From a bacterium (GTDB lineage: Bacteria; Babelota; Babeliae; Babelales; RVW-14): 61,383 nt of DNA. Below are positions 59,381-61,383 of the stretch, one piece after another. The stretch lies in the NCBI GenBank assembly GCA_043822925.1, contig JBDRBF010000023.1:1-61383 (forward strand). Reading direction: 5' to 3'. The notes under the pieces were generated by a model, which saw nothing but the letters and a program-made list of their open reading frames with translations, was not told the origin of the DNA and made no database searches. Position numbers and translations under genes: made by a program. Positions within the stretch are counted from its first letter, which is position 1. Each line of letters starts with the position of its first letter.

Positions 59381-61383
59381 ATGAAAAAGCTCATCATACT
59401 TCTTACTTATTTGTCGCTTGCAATCTCAATATTTGCTAGCCCGATTGCATATAGCATGAAAAACAAATTCTCTCCACAAGAACACAAATTCAAGCATCCA
59501 AAAACAAAATTTAAGCGGAAAAATATAAAATTAGCTTTGAAAAAAGAGCTACAAAGTCATCAAAGTATACTTAATCAAAAGACACTGAGGCATATGGCGG
59601 CTGAAAAAGAGCGTGAAAACAAGCAACGAAAAGCTCAAACAAATGGACAGGAATATGTAGAGCATTTTAATATAAAAAATTCAAAAATTCTTATGGCTGT
59701 TTTTTTCTTATCTTTACTTGTTACTCAAGTAAGAGCGGCTGTTGAACCCGCTGCAAACCACTTGAATACGCTTCAAGCTGGCAACTGCGAAGCTGACATT
59801 AAAGCTGCAAAATTATTTTCTTATCCTGTGTGCGGACCCAAGCCGATTAATTTGGCTGAAGTTTCGTTGGAAGAGTTACTGAAAGATCCAGCACGCATAT
59901 TGGGTTTTGATCCAGAAATAAAGACACCAACGCTGGTACATTTAAAGTTCCCTGAAACACGCCAAAACTTACTAACGATGTGTTCAGATAGCGAAGAAAC
60001 ATGTAAACAAACTACGGCATGGGCGCTTACAAACGAAATAAAATATTATAAAAATCATATCGCTCTCTACCATGGCATGACAAAAAAACTTCTCTTATTT
60101 CAAAATATTTTCCGTGGTTTATATGAAATAAAGAATAATAAAAATATGGGCGATTTTATACCTTTAAGAGTCCCAGATGAAGATCTTGGGAAATTTAAGG
60201 ATGTTACAAGTTTTTTAAAAGAAAAAACAAAAAATAATGATATTTTACTTGATCACTTATTGTTAGATGATATTTCATTTGATCACTCCTGGGATATAAA
60301 AAAACATATTTTATCCACAAATGTAGCTCTTTTTGGGAATTCAAATAATCGTGGAGAAAGCACCTTCAATTATTTTATAAATTCAATATCTAATATTGAC
60401 TCAGCTGAAAAAACAAAAGTTATTAGAGAAGTTTTTGATTACTTCAACGTCCCTGTCTGTTTTGATGTCTATAAAAAAAAGCTTGAAACCCTTTTTAATC
60501 ATTTAATATCTTCAAATAAAAGCACTGGTATTTTATTACAAATATTTATCCCAAAAGATCTTATCGATTCGCTAACCTATCAAAGTAGAGCATACGGCAA
60601 CTATGTAGCCGGAAGCTCATCAAGTAAATTATTATCCGATTTTATAAATATCGAGCAGGATTTTCAGACTCTAGATAATGTCCAATTTAGACTTCTTTTA
60701 ACAAAAGATGAAATGCTTAATCCACATAGTGGATTAAAAACTCTCCGTCACTATGAAAAAACAAAAACCAACCAAAAACATAAGCAAATATTAAAAAATA
60801 TTTTAAATAATTGTGAAACAATACAATCAATTGAAGAAGACCAAACAAATGCTTTTAACAACGCTCTAATAACCGCTGAAAAAACAATCGACGTAGAATT
60901 ACTCCAATATTTAATCAAAAAGTACCCAACAAATTTAAAAGACCCTGAAGCGCAAAAACTCATCCTCACATTCATAAATCAACACATGGCAAGCACCGAT
61001 GGGCAGATAAACGACAACATAAAAGACCTTATAACAAAGCTTCACGACCTCAAAGACCCTGAAGCTCCAAAGCGCATGCTCGCATTCATAAATCAACACA
61101 TGGCAAACACCGATCAGCAGATAAACTACAATGTATATTCCTTTATAACAAAACTTCTCGACCTCAAGGACCCTGAAGCTCCAAAGCTCATGCTCGCATT
61201 CATAAATCAACACATGGCAAGCAACAATTGGCAGATAATCTCCAATGTAAAAGACGTAATAACAAAACTCCTTGAGAATACACATTTTATAAATAACGCA
61301 ACCGAAAAACAAATTGCTGATCTTGATGAAAGCTCATCTAAATTAGAATTAAAAGACGAGTTTATTAAAATATTCCCGCAGAA
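59381..61383 (+). CDS. Large exported protein (partial) with an ART-like central domain and 38-aa repeats
   Basis: Manual translation from ATG 59381 (MKKLIILLTYLSLAISIFASPIAYSMK) stays open to the window end; contains ALYHG, LSTNVALFGN, GILLQIFIP and VQFRLL. Confidence 0.85.
   Translation, partial: MKKLIILLTYLSLAISIFASPIAYSMKNKFSPQEHKFKHPKTKFKRKNIKLALKKELQSHQSILNQKTLRHMAAEKERENKQRKAQTNGQEYVEHFNIKNSKILMAVFFLSLLVTQVRAAVEPAANHLNTLQAGNCEADIKAAKLFSYPVCGPKPINLAEVSLEELLKDPARILGFDPEIKTPTLVHLKFPETRQNLLTMCSDSEETCKQTTAWALTNEIKYYKNHIALYHGMTKKLLLFQNIFRGLYEIKNNKNMGDFIPLRVPDEDLGKFKDVTSFLKEKTKNNDILLDHLLLDDISFDHSWDIKKHILSTNVALFGNSNNRGESTFNYFINSISNIDSAEKTKVIREVFDYFNVPVCFDVYKKKLETLFNHLISSNKSTGILLQIFIPKDLIDSLTYQSRAYGNYVAGSSSSKLLSDFINIEQDFQTLDNVQFRLLLTKDEMLNPHSGLKTLRHYEKTKTNQKHKQILKNILNNCETIQSIEEDQTNAFNNALITAEKTIDVELLQYLIKKYPTNLKDPEAQKLILTFINQHMASTDGQINDNIKDLITKLHDLKDPEAPKRMLAFINQHMANTDQQINYNVYSFITKLLDLKDPEAPKLMLAFINQHMASNNWQIISNVKDVITKLLENTHFINNATEKQIADLDESSSKLELKDEFIKIFPQ
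60935..61276 (+). repeat. Three 114-bp (38-aa) intragenic repeats
   Basis: LKDPEA.K..L.FINQHMA....QI..N....ITKL units; gaccctgaagc at 60941, 61055 and 61169. Confidence 0.92.

Noticed and set aside
1-61383. tRNA, rRNA, tmRNA or RNase P genes
   Set aside because: No cloverleaf or conserved rRNA, tmRNA or RnpB signatures recognised in any intergenic region.

Overview
AT-rich bacterial chromosome segment. The reduced housekeeping gene set, interspersed with many signal-peptide-bearing orphan proteins (ankyrin-like, beta-propeller, J-domain), suggests an intracellular protist parasite, most likely Candidatus Dependentiae (TM6/Babeliae); this assignment is inferred. The window spans the replication terminus: a 28-bp dif site sits at 23482-23509, where gene orientation converges and the + strand changes from G/T-rich to C/A-rich. 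Core genes: pgk (partial), LolC/E permease, rpiB, ileS, minor pilins, lnt, rplI, dnaB, ruvC, recF, dnaN, xerD, proS, gmk, ymdB, rny, zapA, rplT, rpmI, infC, recA, a PpiD-like chaperone, miaA, carD and dnaK. Main observations: (1) an operon of two dCTP-deaminase-fold paralogues with complementary catalytic defects, a dNMP-kinase-like protein and an ABC exporter; (2) a candidate effector set, including a signal peptide + F-box-like + beta-propeller + CaaX protein, a second CaaX protein, an ART-like protein, a permuted ATP-grasp protein and J-domain proteins, with a recurring Met just after the predicted signal cleavage site; (3) nested short palindromic elements that insert in frame into genes and reverse orientation across dif; (4) a poly-G frameshift, an in-frame ochre codon at the start of miaA, candidate ncRNAs and an unexplained G-poor tract upstream of dnaK. 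All calls come from reading the sequence by eye; no searches were run.
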